DNA of 64,000 nt from Tubiluchus corallicola. Its lineage: Eukaryota > Animalia > Priapulida. Below, piece after piece: positions 49,401 to 62,836 of the stretch. Each line of letters starts with the position of its first letter. Within the stretch, counting starts at the first letter, position 1. The notes beneath the pieces are model-generated. The model did not search any database, was not told the origin of the DNA, and saw only the letters and a list, made by a program, of their open reading frames with translations. The stretch is taken from the NCBI GenBank assembly GCA_030141605.1, contig JAQGDQ010000041.1, forward strand, positions 186,001 through 250,000, in the 5' to 3' direction. A program made the position numbers and the translations under genes.

Positions 49401-52014
49401 ATTTGGTTAGCAAAATAGGCATTGAAAATACAAAAAATAACATTTAAAGGAAGTCACATTTTTGATTTTTTTGTGTGTGTCTAGAGACATATAGATTCTA
49501 TAGTAGTAATTTCAGTTTAGGTATTGTGGTTAATTCATCCTCTGCTTTTCACATATTAATCACAGAAGCATTTATTTTGCTGTCAAAAACACCTAGCTTA
49601 GCTAGCTACTCCAATATTAGGGAATCATACAATGGCTTTATGCCATAATAATTTGATTGATCTGTCGTGTCTGTTGACGAAAGTAAAACATCCAAGGGAT
49701 TTGGCGTGAGCAAAACTAGTCAAACAATAATTTCTGTAATTTCCTGATTCAGGATAGATTAATAATGAAAGACTGGAACAGCAATATCAACAATTTGTAC
49801 AGCAAACTAGGATAAATGTAGTGAGTGCACTATATATTGAGCAACATTTGTTCTGTGTAAATGTGGTATGTTTATTGATTGACTATGCCTGGTGGTTAGA
49901 TTCAGAAATCCGTACACTATTTACTCTGTACCTGAGAGAGAGAGAGAGAGGAGTGCATAATTATTTGTATTGATCCGTTAATCCTCAATCCATTATTACT
50001 CGTGAAGGAAAATCAATTTGAAGAGTTAAGCAAATTTTTCTTCACGACACTCTAGCGTGTTGACTCAGATTGCCTTTAAGCAAATGTATTACATCTGGTA
50101 TTTGTTATCAATTGATTTCTTATAATTTTTTTTATGAGTAATTATTGAAAGGTGTTGCAGAATTCTTGAATCCATATTAGATAGTAACGTCAACAATGTT
50201 TACTATAGAAGTGAAGTTTATTTAGAGAAACAGATCATTATAAACTTTTTCCCGTTTTGACTGTTTTATGCATTTTTTTCTTTGGTTGTGTGAGTCATAC
50301 AGCTGTTAATGAGACAGTCATGCATACTGGTTTTGCTATTTTTAAGTAAGTGATATATATCCTAGCTGGGCGTAGTTAGCTATGCCTAATTGCCTTGGTA
50401 TATTGATGAATTATGCCTAAATTAACGTGCAGCTGAAAATTTTCACTTTCCATGCTTTAAGCTGGAACTTGTTGAATTTTGTTCCATGCGAAATATTTAA
50501 ACTAAAATCACAGTTTAAAGAAAAAGTGTTGTAATTTTACAGATGACTTGAGTAAGTAGTTAAACTGACTACAGTCAACTAGGTATACGTTAACATGCTT
50601 AATCTCAGCTCAATGGCTCTTAGCTTCTTGAACTCTTGTGTTTTATCAGTGTAACTCATTAGCACGCACTTTTACAATGTACGTATTAACAAAATTAATG
50701 TTTGATGAGATTATTCTCGCATCGTTTTATAGCGATAAATATTTGTTGTCATTAATACAGACGACTGCTGAATGAATATTTAATACATCCACGGAATGAA
50801 TTAATTCATGACTGCCTGATTGAAAAAAGGATGGAACACATTAATTAATAAAGATCTGCAGTCGGCTGTTAACAGTCAACAAAAAGCAGTAAGGTCCTTT
50901 AAAATATGAATGTCATTGTTGGAAGCCACAATTCTTGGTACCACTCTTCTTTTGACTTAATGTTATTTGAATATAAGGAGGTTCACACCTAATTGAACAT
51001 TTAATATCAATGATGCGGTAAGTTACGTCTTAATAAGTGCTGTACTCATGCAATCCAGCCCTTTAACACTCATTGATTTTAACTGAGGTGTGTCACATTG
51101 AAAGACTAGCATCATAAAGTACTGCTTTTGTTACTAATCTCACTGAGTCACTGAGCATGGCGTGGCATGCTCAAGAGATTGCGAGCGTGGCTTTGACTGT
51201 CTCAGCCATGATTACTGTTTTCAAATAATGTCCGAATTGAATAAGTTACCATACAATTGATTGGAAGTGATGCATAATTTTTAGTACCTCTTTAGGGTTG
51301 AAGATCTTAAGAGAGCCTTCGATTGAAATTGCTAGCACGTGTACTAAGTTGTGCGAACTTGTGCATTATAGCTCTTGCAATCGTATGCCTATTAAACTGT
51401 ATGTAAAGATTTGTATAAAGGCTAAACCACCAAATAGTTGTGTGTTTACTTTTAGAATGTAATTGTTTGTAGTTAAGAGCTAAGTAGTTGCAGTTTCAAA
51501 TAATTTTTACTGAAGCGTAAACTAATTACTTTCAATGTAGCTTAGTTTCCAAAATAGATTTTTCTGGAATTGACAATATTTTTACAAATGCTTTGCTCAT
51601 TTTGCATAATGTTTAATATAACAGGGTTAATAAACTTCGTTTATTGTAGTTAATTGCTTTAATGCTCTCAATGAAACTTCATGTTCTGATAAATCATGAA
51701 ATCCAAGAAGGATAAAACCAAGAAATGACTTTTTTCTTTGAGTTGTTCTACTTATGTTACACTTACATATTGAAAAGTCTTTGAGTAAGCTTTTTTTATT
51801 TTATTTGCTAATTTTGTTTACAAGTACAGAATTTGAAATGCAGTTAGCTAGAGTTTCCAAATTTGAAAGGGTTTAAAGTATATATCTAATAAAAAATCTT
51901 GTCTCTACAGTTCTTCAACTGTAAACAATAGTTTTCACAGTATTTCTGCCAAAATTAAATGTGCTGTGTGCCTAAAATTTTATATTATAGTATTGACATA
52001 CATACATGTTTTAG

Positions 52015-52212
52015 GGTTCTTAAGCCTCCTGGTGGTGGAAGTAGTGGCATATTTGGCTCTGGCTCACAAGAAGACACACCACGCAAGGTGAAGGATTATC
52101 AGAAATCTAATATCTTTGGCTCTGGTGATGAGACATCACAGAGCCGTGCACCTGACAAACAACCAGAGAAGTACAGATCATCCTTATTCTCTGATGGGGA
52201 TGCAGCTCCTAG
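52015..52212 (+). CDS. JPT1: Jupiter homolog exon 2
   Basis: RVLKPPGGGSSGIFG and KSNIFG, signature HN1/Jupiter motifs. Confidence 0.88.
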
Positions 52213-52284
52213 GTAAATTTTATGTATGATTGATGCATGATTATAACTAGTTGTCCTTCTGCCCTTCTCCTTTCTGTTCACGTA

Positions 52285-52342
52285 CTCTCCATCTCTCTCT
52301 CCCTCCACTCTCTGTTTCTCTCTCTCTCTCTTTCTCTCTCTC

Positions 52343-52412
<70 letters not shown>

Positions 52413-52454
52413 CCTTTCTCTCTCTCTCTCTCCTCCCTCTCTCTCTCTCTCTCT

Positions 52455-52527
<73 letters not shown>

Positions 52528-52565
52528 CCCTTTCCCTCTCCCTCGTCTCCCTTCTCTCTCTCTCT

Positions 52566-52604
<39 letters not shown>

Positions 52605-52632
52605 CCTCCCTCTCTCTCTCTCTCTCCCTTCC
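52285..52632. repeat. Long imperfect (CT)n polypyrimidine tract
   Basis: About 345 bp almost purely C/T. Confidence 0.95.
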
Positions 52633-53127
52633 TGCTGATTAATTGATTAACTGACAAACTCGTAAGCTAGCTGACTTTGATCAATTCACTGATTTTCTGT
52701 TGAATAATTTTTAATCAGAATTCGATTATATTATTACTTTCAAATGATTTTGTTATTGTGAACATTATTAAGGTTATTGTGATAGATTAGTTTGTTAATC
52801 ATGAGTAATGTGCAACTGGCATGCAAGTGTGAAGTTGCTTGCCAAAATCCATCAATCAACAGACAATCACATCAATCAATGTAAGAAACTAATTAAGCCA
52901 GTAGATCTTAATGAGTGCAAACTGTTATTATGTTTAGTGCACTTGCTGCTTCGTTTCTGTAGAATTCATACTTGGTTTTATTATTACTGCATTTTTATAT
53001 AGTGTTTGCATTAAATTTGATTGCAAAGTGGCCAGTCTGTTAATATGGATTTACTTGTATTTCTTGTGATGATGATGATGATGACAACGTTGATGACAAA
53101 AACATTGTGTATTACTTCAAATTTCAG

Positions 53128-53225
53128 ACCGGCTGCACCCAAACAGGATAGAATGCACTCCACTATTTTTGACACTGATCCGCTTCCACTAAGAACTGGC
53201 AAGAAACAGCGACCAAATAGCCAAA
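53128..53225 (+). CDS. JPT1: Jupiter homolog exon 3
   Basis: tttcag|PAAPKQDRMHSTIFDTDPLPLRTGKKQRPNSQ|gtacgt, phase 2-1. Confidence 0.8.
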
Positions 53226-53855
53226 GTACGTCATTAATCATATACTGGGTTTTTTAGTTTTTTGCAGCTACATTAAATAGTTTATTGTAAACACCTGCAA
53301 CCGATGCTTTGATACTTTGTGATTTCGTGCAACCCCATAAACTAAGATGTGGCCAAACAAGTTTAAGAAAATTAGACTATAGTTTAAGATAGCTTTCCAT
53401 GCAATATGAAAAAAATGATCATAGTCACTATTTCCATTGTGAATCATTAATCTAAACAAAACTGGCATGGAATAATTTTAGCTATAATTATAAACTGGCT
53501 GTAGTGTTTATGCTGGTTTTGGAAACAAAGGAGTAATGTTGGCATTGCATTGTTTTTGTATACCAGCATGACAGTGGCTTTCAACTTAGAGTTATTGAAA
53601 ATTCTGAATGAAATGGATTAAAATTGTTTTCCCTTTGAAGCTATTACAAAATGTATATGTGCTAGTCTGTGAATTGTTAAAACAAAGTTACAAACTGCAC
53701 TCTGAAAATGTGTTTGTTATTTCAAGCACTAAGACAGGTGAGTGGGCAACACCTGTACCTAATTCTGTTTCAAATTTGATCAGAAATCAAATTTATCAAG
53801 TTACATGATATAAAGAAAATGCTTATTTGATCATTATATATTTTTTGCTCATCAG

Positions 53856-53879
53856 TGTCGGACATTTTTAATTTGAAGG
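53856..53879 (+). CDS. Candidate 24-nt Jupiter microexon (MSDIFNLK)
   Basis: ttttttgctcatcag acceptor, G|gtaagt donor, phase 1-1, encodes the SxIF motif. Confidence 0.6.
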
Positions 53880-54803
53880 GTAAGTGAGAGTGGCGTAAAC
53901 CTTGTTGTAAACCCTAAATTTGTTGTATATTTATTTCACTAGGTCCTGTAATTTTGTTTAACTGACTGCTGTTTGAAAACTGTAGACTGGTGACTTATTT
54001 TAATACTGAATGTAGATTGTGTATAGTTTATAACTAGATGTGTTATGAGTCATGTGTAGAAAAATTTCATTTGTTACAAAACCCATTGTATTTCCGTAAA
54101 TGCAGGATTTGCAATCATTTGGCACAATAAAACACAGCCCTAACAATCCATTTGATCATAGTCATTACTGCTGTGTCTAGCCTTACTTGTATTCAGTGAT
54201 TACCCATTTAAAATTACCCTAAATTAACAAACTACAGTCTAGTTACATTTCCATAAGTCTTTCACTGTATGGAATATTATGCATTCCATGAGTTTGTTTC
54301 TCTCACTGTTACTCAAATGGTTTTATTCTAAATGCATTATTAAATCATGCATGGCATTGTATGTCACTATAGAAAATACAAATGGTAAAGACAAAACTAA
54401 ATACAATAATACAATTCTGAGTGGAACAAATCCTTCAAAACAAAAATATAATTGTTTACACTTTCAAGTAAACTCAATCTTTCGCCTTTTTCCCTGAGCA
54501 TCGTCAGTGAGCATGTTTAATTTCTGGAGCTCAAATTAACTCTGTTTCAGCCTGAAATTAAACTTTTAGTTATTGATTTTCTAATGCTGTTTTCTTGCAT
54601 GTTTTAATAATCAAGTAGAAGTGTTCATTCTTTTAAATACATTCTGTAATTTGGTTTCTGTTCTATTAATTTGATTGCATAACCACTTAGGTAGGCATGC
54701 AGCCATTGCCGTAGAATTCACTACGGTATTGACATGGCTGCGAATCACATTTTTAACCTAAAATTCAAGTTATGTGTGTGTAAATTACTCAGCTTTCTTC
54801 CAG

Positions 54804-54836
54804 TTGCAGCTCCTCCACTTCCTTTCCGTGACATAA
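54804..54836 (+). CDS. Candidate 33-nt Jupiter microexon (AAPPLPFRDI)
   Basis: ctttcttccag acceptor, A|gtaatt donor, phase 1-1. Confidence 0.45.
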   Translation: MQLLHFLSVT

Positions 54837-55231
54837 GTAATTGCTCACATTTGGCAGCCTGAAAGCACACTATTGATTTAAATGAAAATCTGATTCGTGG
54901 ATTGTAGGTTCAGTTAACTGCAATATTTAACATTACAAATTAAGATAGCATAAAACCCTATTTTGTTGAATTTAAAAGCCAATACGAACGAAAATAATAA
55001 AAAGCTGTGAGTGAAATCTAAGGAGATAATCAATAAACACAAACCCGTTACTTATGAAACACAAGCCCTTAAACGAGATGTGAGCCGTCATTGGAGCTCT
55101 GTACTTCAATAACTGGATGTTTTTGGAGGCAATTATACTTCAGTCCTAGATGTGTAAGTTTTCAACTTAAATGATGAAGTGAAAAATATAAAATAATCTG
55201 CTTTATTATTAAATATTGTTCATTTTTCCAG

Positions 55232-55507
55232 ATGAGGCTGTACCAGCTCCTGCCCTTCCTGCAGAAGAGGAATCATCAGTTGTTGCTACGGAGACAGTCA
55301 GTTATGGAACAGCCGAAAATGGAGAGCCTGCACCTGAAGAAGAGGGCGAAGTGGACCCTGAGCTGAAAGAGGAAGAAGACATTCCAGCAGTGGAGAATTT
55401 GACCTTGCAAAATGAGGGAGAGGAGTCTCCTGCTCCCAGCTCTACTCCAGAGCACAAAGAGAAGGAAGAGTTGTCAGATGCCCAGAAATATTCGCAAAGA
55501 AACAGAG
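55232..55507 (+). CDS. JPT1: Jupiter homolog acidic exon
   Basis: ttttccag acceptor, Glu/Pro-rich disordered sequence, G|gtaatt donor, phase 1-1. Confidence 0.8.
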
Positions 55508-55916
55508 GTAATTGTTAATATACATCTTTGTTAATTGCATATCGTATTTAATCGGCATCTGTTTTAGAAATATTTATTAGGGATGGGATCAGAGTGATCG
55601 AGATTTTCGATTCTATTGCCAGATCTAAAAGCGTACTCTAAATCCTGATCAAGTTATAATAAATTTTATGCATTTGTAAACCAAAAATTACTCTGATTGA
55701 ACTTACTAACATTTATCAGTTTTCTTACCCCTTATTCTTAATTCCTATGTTCAGGTGAAAATCTAAGAACGAGGTCGATTCAGATTCAGTTGAGATCCGT
55801 ATCACTAATTTCAAGTATTTGGAAATCAACTATACAACTTTCTAGTTGTTTTTTATGCGCCATAATTGCTACATGCCATCAATATTCACGTTTTAAATTG
55901 CATCTTTTCATGGCAG

Positions 55917-56032
55917 GTTTGCGCAATCCTATAACATGGGCTGCGAATTATGACGATCCTACCCCTGCATCTCGTAGAGCTGGCGGAAAGAAGCACCATA
56001 CGGACTCGAACGCTAATACACGCTTGTGGTAG
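55917..56032 (+). CDS. JPT1: Jupiter homolog last exon
   Basis: GLRNPITW...TRLW*; RNPIT and terminal LW are as in invertebrate Jupiter. Confidence 0.8.
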
Positions 56033-59000
56033 AAGTGGTAGGGATTTTACTACCTATTTCTTTTTTTTTGCTTACAGTAAATCAGTAACTCTTTTTTTAT
56101 AAAATTAAATATGCTGCTTATGTACATGTATTTACTGGTGTACTTTTAACTTAGAGCCTGGTAATTAGTTACTGAATACGATTTATATTGGTGGTTGTTT
56201 TATATCTGTTTGTAGTTAATGTAGTTTGTATGTGTAAGCTGTAATAGATCAACAAGCTTAATTTAAGTTTATTGTCATATTAAATCTATTGCAGTAACTG
56301 CTAGACTACGTCATTTGTACACTCTGATGTACAAGGGATTTTTTTTTTCACATAGACATACAGATGTTTGAATAATTGTATACATTCCACCCTAAAATAA
56401 TAACATAGGGCACATATTTATGGATTCATCTAATCAATAATTTCTAACATTTTTTGTTATCACTTAATTAATATCGTCAAGTGTGTGCTAGGTGTACTGC
56501 AGTATTAGTTTGAGCCATTCTTCCTTTTTTCTATGCTATTGCAGATTCAAGATTTATATTGGTTATTTGGAGGTATTCACTATCCATTATCCGCGTGAAT
56601 CTTTGATCCTAAGAGCAGTATACTACATAATCTGTCTCCTTGCTTTCCTGGTAATTTAGCATACCTTATGAATATGAACATTGCTTTTTAATAGAATTGT
56701 TGACTCTGTCATGTCATTATAATATAATTCATTACTTCATCAGGTAATTTGCTAATGCTTTGCTAAATCTATTTGGTCAGATGGCAGATAATACAACAAT
56801 GGAGTATTTCACTTGTACACTGAATAAAAGCATGGCTTTTAGTGGCTAACGTGTGGCTGAAGTGTAGCAGGCAAAATTTGCACCTTCTGCGCTATTGGGT
56901 TAATGCTAGAAATTCACCAGTTAACATTTTTTATGAACTATTAAAATTTTATATATAATGTCTGATTGCCATTTTTATGCAGCGGTGTTATACATATCAT
57001 TCATGCAAAATTTACAAGTTGATGTGACTTTATTCAAAGTATTTCCTTAATAATTCCAGAAGAAAAAATTATTTAATATTGTAAAAAAGTAGAAAAAGGA
57101 ACCAATGAGCTTACACTCGCTGATTAAACTCGATACTCGATTAAAAAATTGTGTACGTTGGGAGTTAAGTGAGTTATTGCTTGGTACCCGAAAACAAAAA
57201 TACTACCCGATGGTTTTGTATTTATCAATTATCTCGACAAACAGTATTGGTGTTTACTACGTTTTTAAATTTTATACACTTATAATGTTTAAATTTTGAT
57301 TATTTGTTTAATAGGTTATTTGTTTTTAACTTACAAATTGTTGAAAAAACTGCAAGCGTTTCAGTTTGGCATAATGTATTAATCCGTCGGTGATTGTGAT
57401 ATTCTCTTTCAGTTTCATATTCGTTTCATATTTTCATTTTATTAATTTTGATGTAATGAGAACAAAAATGAGAATTAATGGTAGGAAAAAAGCTTTTCAT
57501 GTAGATTACTCTTCAAGGGCACAGTGTGCACATATGCCTATAATATTGAAATGCAATTATTTCATAAAGAATGCATTATCAGTAACACATTTTTGAGTCA
57601 CAACTATGCAAATGCATTGCTGGTGCAAAACATTTGTTAAAGGACAGGATCAGTAAGTCATTATTTGCCACTAAAAAACTCGCATTGAAATTTTATACAG
57701 TTTTTGCACATTCTTTTTAAAATCTTACTGAAATTAAGGTCGCTTAAAACATACAAATTTAAACTTCTGATCTTTAAATGACAGCTTAAACATTGAAACG
57801 AATTCTGCTAACACATATGTAAATATGCAAATATTTGCAAAAAAATGGCAAAACAGTTGATAGTAGCTAAATCACAGCTTAGCAAAAATTAATTACATTG
57901 ATTTCACGAATAAGCTTAATAACTGTATTGATTATTTTTTGGTTATTGATGTACACTGCGATCCCGGATTGCTGATGCCATGGTAGCTCCTTACCAATTG
58001 ACGTTAACTGTTTTAAAGAATTTTGTGTTCTTTTAAGCCAAGTTCTTTATAAAAGTCAAAGTGCTGCTAGGTCTTGTAATTTTATTTTAAGAATCTTTTG
58101 AAAAAAAATTATAATTCACTGTTTTCCCCTTTAATTGTAATAGAGTTGTCAGGTAGATGCAAGTACCAAGCAGAATATGCTATTAAGTTTTATTTTATTA
58201 ATTGGTGGTGCAGCTTCTGTTTGGATACTCAGCATTTTATTTTGATATTTTTTATCTAATTTAGTTGTTTTACATTTAAGTTGAAAATTTTATTTTTTGT
58301 ATATTTGTTTCTTGGGTGCAGTACTTATATAATTGATGTTAATTATCCAAATGTTGTGATCAGAAAATCCAGCATATGTTCAAATTTTGTTACTAAGATT
58401 ACGCATATTGTTTGATTGTAACTATTGTAAAATTTGGACTAATTTTGTAAAAGTTAAATAGGTTTAGCATATTTTGTGGCTGTGTTGTATCATCTATAAT
58501 GTATGTGAAGAGAAACTTCGGTTTATCAATTCTCCTCACTTGTTTTAATTAGTAAGAATATTAGTATATAATAACTATCTTCGTGTACATGTATTAATTG
58601 TTGTGGCATGAATGGGCCTGCACATCAGCTTTTTATTAAATAAGCAACTTTCTTCTAACATTCTTATACTGCTTATAAAAAATGCCTTTGTTACTAACAT
58701 TTGTTGTGAGCTTACTGTATGTACAACATTGAACAGTTTAAAACTTTATTTGAAGTATTTTCTAAGTGATTTATTGCTGAAGTACATGGCCTTTTGTAGA
58801 TCTCTTAATCTATTTATGGCAATTTTATGTACATGATGTATTTGAATTTTATGTTAAACTAATTGTAGAGCACCTAAGAGTAAAAATGTAATTTTTGTTG
58901 TAAATTATTTCTTTGGTCTTTTTTTGTCTTTATTTTGCATTTTGTATCACACAATGTAAAATAAATGCACATATAAATAATAAATAAATAATTACGAAGC

Positions 59001-59083
59001 GATATAGTTGCACATATCATACAAAAGCATAACGCCGAATTATTTGGTATGCTGAATTTAAACTCTCTCTATGCAGAGAGGAC

Positions 59084-59583
59084 GTTGAGCATCAAATTCG
59101 AACAAGTTTTTTTATTCAAATTCGAATTGAAACTAAAAATTATGAATTCGAGTAATTCAACGCCCCAATTACTTTCGTTTCTTTGTCATTAAAACATTTG
59201 AAAGTTCATGCATTCAGAACAATTTAGCCACGATTTCTAAAGCAAGTATGCTTATTTAGTATCTTTTAAATCGAGTCATCAAAGACATCTCAGGACGTAC
59301 AAAACAACAATCTCAGACATATCACTTAAAAACAGTAAATAAAAGTAGATTCATTAGATTGGCAAGTGCCCCAAATTATTTTTACTGATTCTTAATGTCA
59401 ATTACAGAATTAATCATTATAGTGTTATGTGCAAAAATTAGTGTTGCTATGCTGCATGCATTGCAAACATTATTTTTGTTACTGATTCTAAATTTATTTA
59501 AATTCGAAGTTTTGAAATTCCGTACGATTCGAATTCAAAAGTCAAAATTCGTTCGAATTCCAGTAGTATTTGCTCATACCTAG
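59084..59583. mobile_element. TTCGAA-rich non-autonomous DNA element (hAT-like)
   Basis: Ends gttgagca... / ...tgctcatacctag with clustered ttcgaa motifs at both ends; related copies at 40.2 kb and 41.9 kb. Confidence 0.55.
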
Positions 59584-60267
59584 CAGTGAGGATTTCATTT
59601 TGATTGATTGCTCCCTGCAAGAGAACACCAAGTCTTCACTTATTTTTCATAGATTATAATGGGTTTACCAAGTTTGAATGCACTATGCAAATACCAGTTT
59701 TAAATATATAGAACAAAGAAAACAGGCATCTATAATGTAAAACTACAATATTATCATTCCAATGATGCAGTGAACAAGAAGACGTGTTAATAATGCAGGT
59801 TTATTATTCTGCAATGCAGTTTATACAGGTAGTGTCGAGTATTACACTTATTTTTATTGTATAAAGTATCTGTTTGATATAATCAACAAAATGAAACAAA
59901 AGTCACTGTACTCCAACTTACAATAATACTATACTCCAATGGATCGGGTAATGGCAGCTTTAGTGCAAAAATAAATACGATAATCTGATTTATAATTAAT
60001 TAACATTAGTTTGGAATCAATATTACATGTATGATGTAAATATTATTCAAAATAGCGATCTCTAGATTTTGCCAAAACAAAATTTTATTTTGTTACAAAT
60101 AGGATAAGATATAAAATAATTAGTAGGCAGCATATAACGGTGTAAAAATAATAATAATAATTTTAAGCATGTGCTTAAAAAATCATCTTAATTTCCTCAA
60201 TTTACAGCAAACGAACAATATTTACAGTAACAAGCACAATTTATCTGAATGACAAGACTAACATGGA

Positions 60268-60447
60268 CTATTCCACTGTGGAAGAATCTAAAATCTGAAA
60301 TTTCTGGCAAATTCTAGACTTGAACTTTGAGTCACAATTGAAGTAAAAAATGACAGCAATTAGAACAGCTAATAACAATACGAACAACGAAATTAATGTT
60401 AAAACTTGTCTTTTCAGGCTTTGATGTGCAACTGTAAGATTCTTAAT
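60268..60447 (-). CDS. MOSPD2: MOSPD2-like last exon (coiled coil plus C-terminal TM)
   Basis: ttgcag|IKNLTVAHQSLKRQVLTLISLFVLLLAVLIAVIFYF...*, phase 0. Confidence 0.8.
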   Translation of the reverse strand: MKNLTVAHQSLKRQVLTLISLFVLLLAVLIAVIFYFNCDSKFKSRICQKFQILDSSTVE

Positions 60448-60929
60448 CTGCAACAAAAGAACAGACAATTATGAAAATTATTTGCTAATTTACTATAGTC
60501 ATTATAGTGAAGCAATGGGAAACAAACTAAGCAGACAAAAACACTTTCTAGACATTCCTGGCGAGAAAGAGTAAATGTGTAAATAAACCGTTTTAATGCA
60601 CGAAATTTGTTTGAAAGATCGGACACAAAATTGAGGAAAATAATCAAAGGGAATATTGATCATGTATAATATTAATACATGCAAAAGTTTATAAAGAAAT
60701 GTTTTGCTATCTAGTTTTGCTAAGAGGCCAGGGCAGAAATTTAGTAAACCCTTGTTATTATTAACACTTTTCATTGCAAAGCTCCTACACTTAATGCAAC
60801 TGCTGTAAATTTCTCACTTGTTAGTCCAATACAGACAATGACATTTAAAAGTTTTGCATGCAAAAACTGTCACTCTAAAGCCTAAAGTTGTCCTCTAAAC
60901 CAGCCATGTACAAAAGCTTTAAATCTGTA

Positions 60930-61105
60930 AATAGGGGTGGTTGACTTACTTGACCGTATGGTTTTTGCCACCCATTCTCCATACAATTAACCTTTCTTTT
61001 TAACATTAAGTAGGCTACTAACAGGTTGTAAATTGTCAAAATTATTATTATTATGTCTCTCTTGTACTGTAAAACTTAAAGGAGATAAAAAAATAATCTT
61101 AATCT
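60930..61105 (+). mobile_element. CR1/L2-group LINE 3' end fragment
   Basis: ggggtggttgacttacttgaccgtatggtttttgccaccc resembles the LINE 3' stem-loop at 38460; taatct-repeat tail. Confidence 0.55.
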
Positions 61106-62209
61106 AGATATGGCTGAACAGATGCTCGGTTCATTTTCCCCAGTTTTCATCACAAACTTTTAGATTTGATCAACAATTTCAAGATGGTTATTCTGCTGAA
61201 CAGAGACTGAACACAGCTTACTGGCATCCAGGTTGGTCATTGCTACCCAGGGGGCCCGGAAAGCCGGCACTTTTTGTGCAGTACTATTCATGTGCCAAAC
61301 TGCCTAACTTCAGACTGCTTGACTTCAGTGGCCTTAGTGATACGAAGCATAAAATGTTCATATGAACACCGATATGACAGTTGCATGTGTGAAGGTTTCC
61401 ATTATATCACTGCCAACAGGGCATTTGGGTCTAGAATGAGTAAAAGTCAGGTTGAACAATTGTACAAAACTGCAAATTCACACTTAATTTTAAACGGAGA
61501 GCATTTTTGCTGAGGCACAAATAGTAGCAATTTACGGAAAAAGGTTAAAGTACATGAAAAACACTTAATATTTCAAAATAGAAAACACCAACATTTTTAT
61601 AACTTTAAAATATTATTGGCTGTAATGGGTGCAAATTATACGTGTCTTTCTATTATACACGTCTAACACTACTCATTTTACTATTTTCTGCTTTAACTTA
61701 ATCCTGTAGCCATTTGTGTTTCCGACCTATAATGCTGACAGTGTAAATTTTTGTACGACTTTTCTGTAGTTAAACAACTGACTATTTTGGTGCGCACAAC
61801 AAAAGAGGTAAATGGTACGAGGTGGACAAAACGTCTAACCAGATTAAACTAAATGGAACTATAACAAATATGAAATCTAACAGAGATGCCCTTTAGATTC
61901 AAATATTAAGGAAGCATAATACGAAAATATCTATCAAATTTTGCCAAGTGCTTTTTGCATAATAGCAACCATTTGTACTAAATTGCATTCGGATGAGCAC
62001 CATCTACGTGAGACAAATGAGAGCTGGATAATGTAGATGTCAACATCTTAGAACACTAAAATGGACAGCTCTTGTGATCAAGTTAAGCTCTAAAAGCTTA
62101 TAACTAGATCAACCTTTTCCAAATGCTAATTTACTCAGTAATTACTAACTAATTAGATTTACCTGTAATTAATTTTCAGTCAAGAATAAACTCTTGAATA
62201 GTCTAGTAC

Positions 62210-62300
62210 CTGTTGTTTTAGGTGGTTAACTTCTGCATCAAGAGATTTTTCATTTGGTAACTCATTTATTACATCTATAGATCGAATGGCGCACCTTAAC
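62210..62300 (-). CDS. MOSPD2: MOSPD2-like exon
   Basis: tttcag|(R)LRCAIRSIDVINELPNEKSLDAEVNHLKQQ|gtact, phase 2-0. Confidence 0.8.
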
Positions 62301-62709
62301 CTGAAACAATTAACTTTATGGAACAAAAAACCTCAATTACAGTATGCTGAAAAACTTGAATTTTGCAAAAAAGAAAATCAAGATCAATTTCAATATACAA
62401 CATGCACAAAGTTCATGCAACACTCTAGTAATGGAAAAGATGGCACTGACCTATCAGAATATCAGGAACTAATTTCCAGTTACGAACATTTTCAAAAAAA
62501 AATCAATCTATTGCAGGTGTGTTTTCTTCAAAAATAGCTAGTGGTAATTTGTATTACAAATGGAACACTGTAGGTATAGAGATATGCTGTTGGGAAGCCT
62601 CAAATCCGTGATGACAGCATTCAGAACTCGCAGTGCCATTCAATTGTTAGTGTCATGAGATTAACAACAATACAAATAAATCAGCCGATTTTTTTTTACT
62701 TTCACTTGC

Positions 62710-62836
62710 CTGTGCTCATGTATCAAAGATTTATCTGTTGACTTCCATGCTTCTGTAAGGTCTTCGGAAGAGGAGACATTCTCATTTACAGTCATGGACA
62801 TCACCAGAAACTTGTCCTTTGAAACATTTGATTTCC
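62710..62836 (-). CDS. MOSPD2: MOSPD2-like exon (MSP domain), GC donor
   Basis: GKSNVSKDKFLVMS...LTEAWKSTDKSLIHEH(R); AG|gcaagt. Confidence 0.85.

Noticed and set aside
52237-52657. ORFs rich in SL or RE repeats (also 5094-5318 and 16339-16647)
   Set aside because: These are translations of (CT)n microsatellites.
53727-53737. Possible third Jupiter microexon with a strong CAG|gtgagt donor
   Set aside because: The nearest plausible acceptor gives 11 nt, which breaks the frame, and it is a weak AAG.
62286-62537. 83-aa plus-strand ORF
   Set aside because: Antisense to a MOSPD2 intron, with no recognisable motif or splice support.
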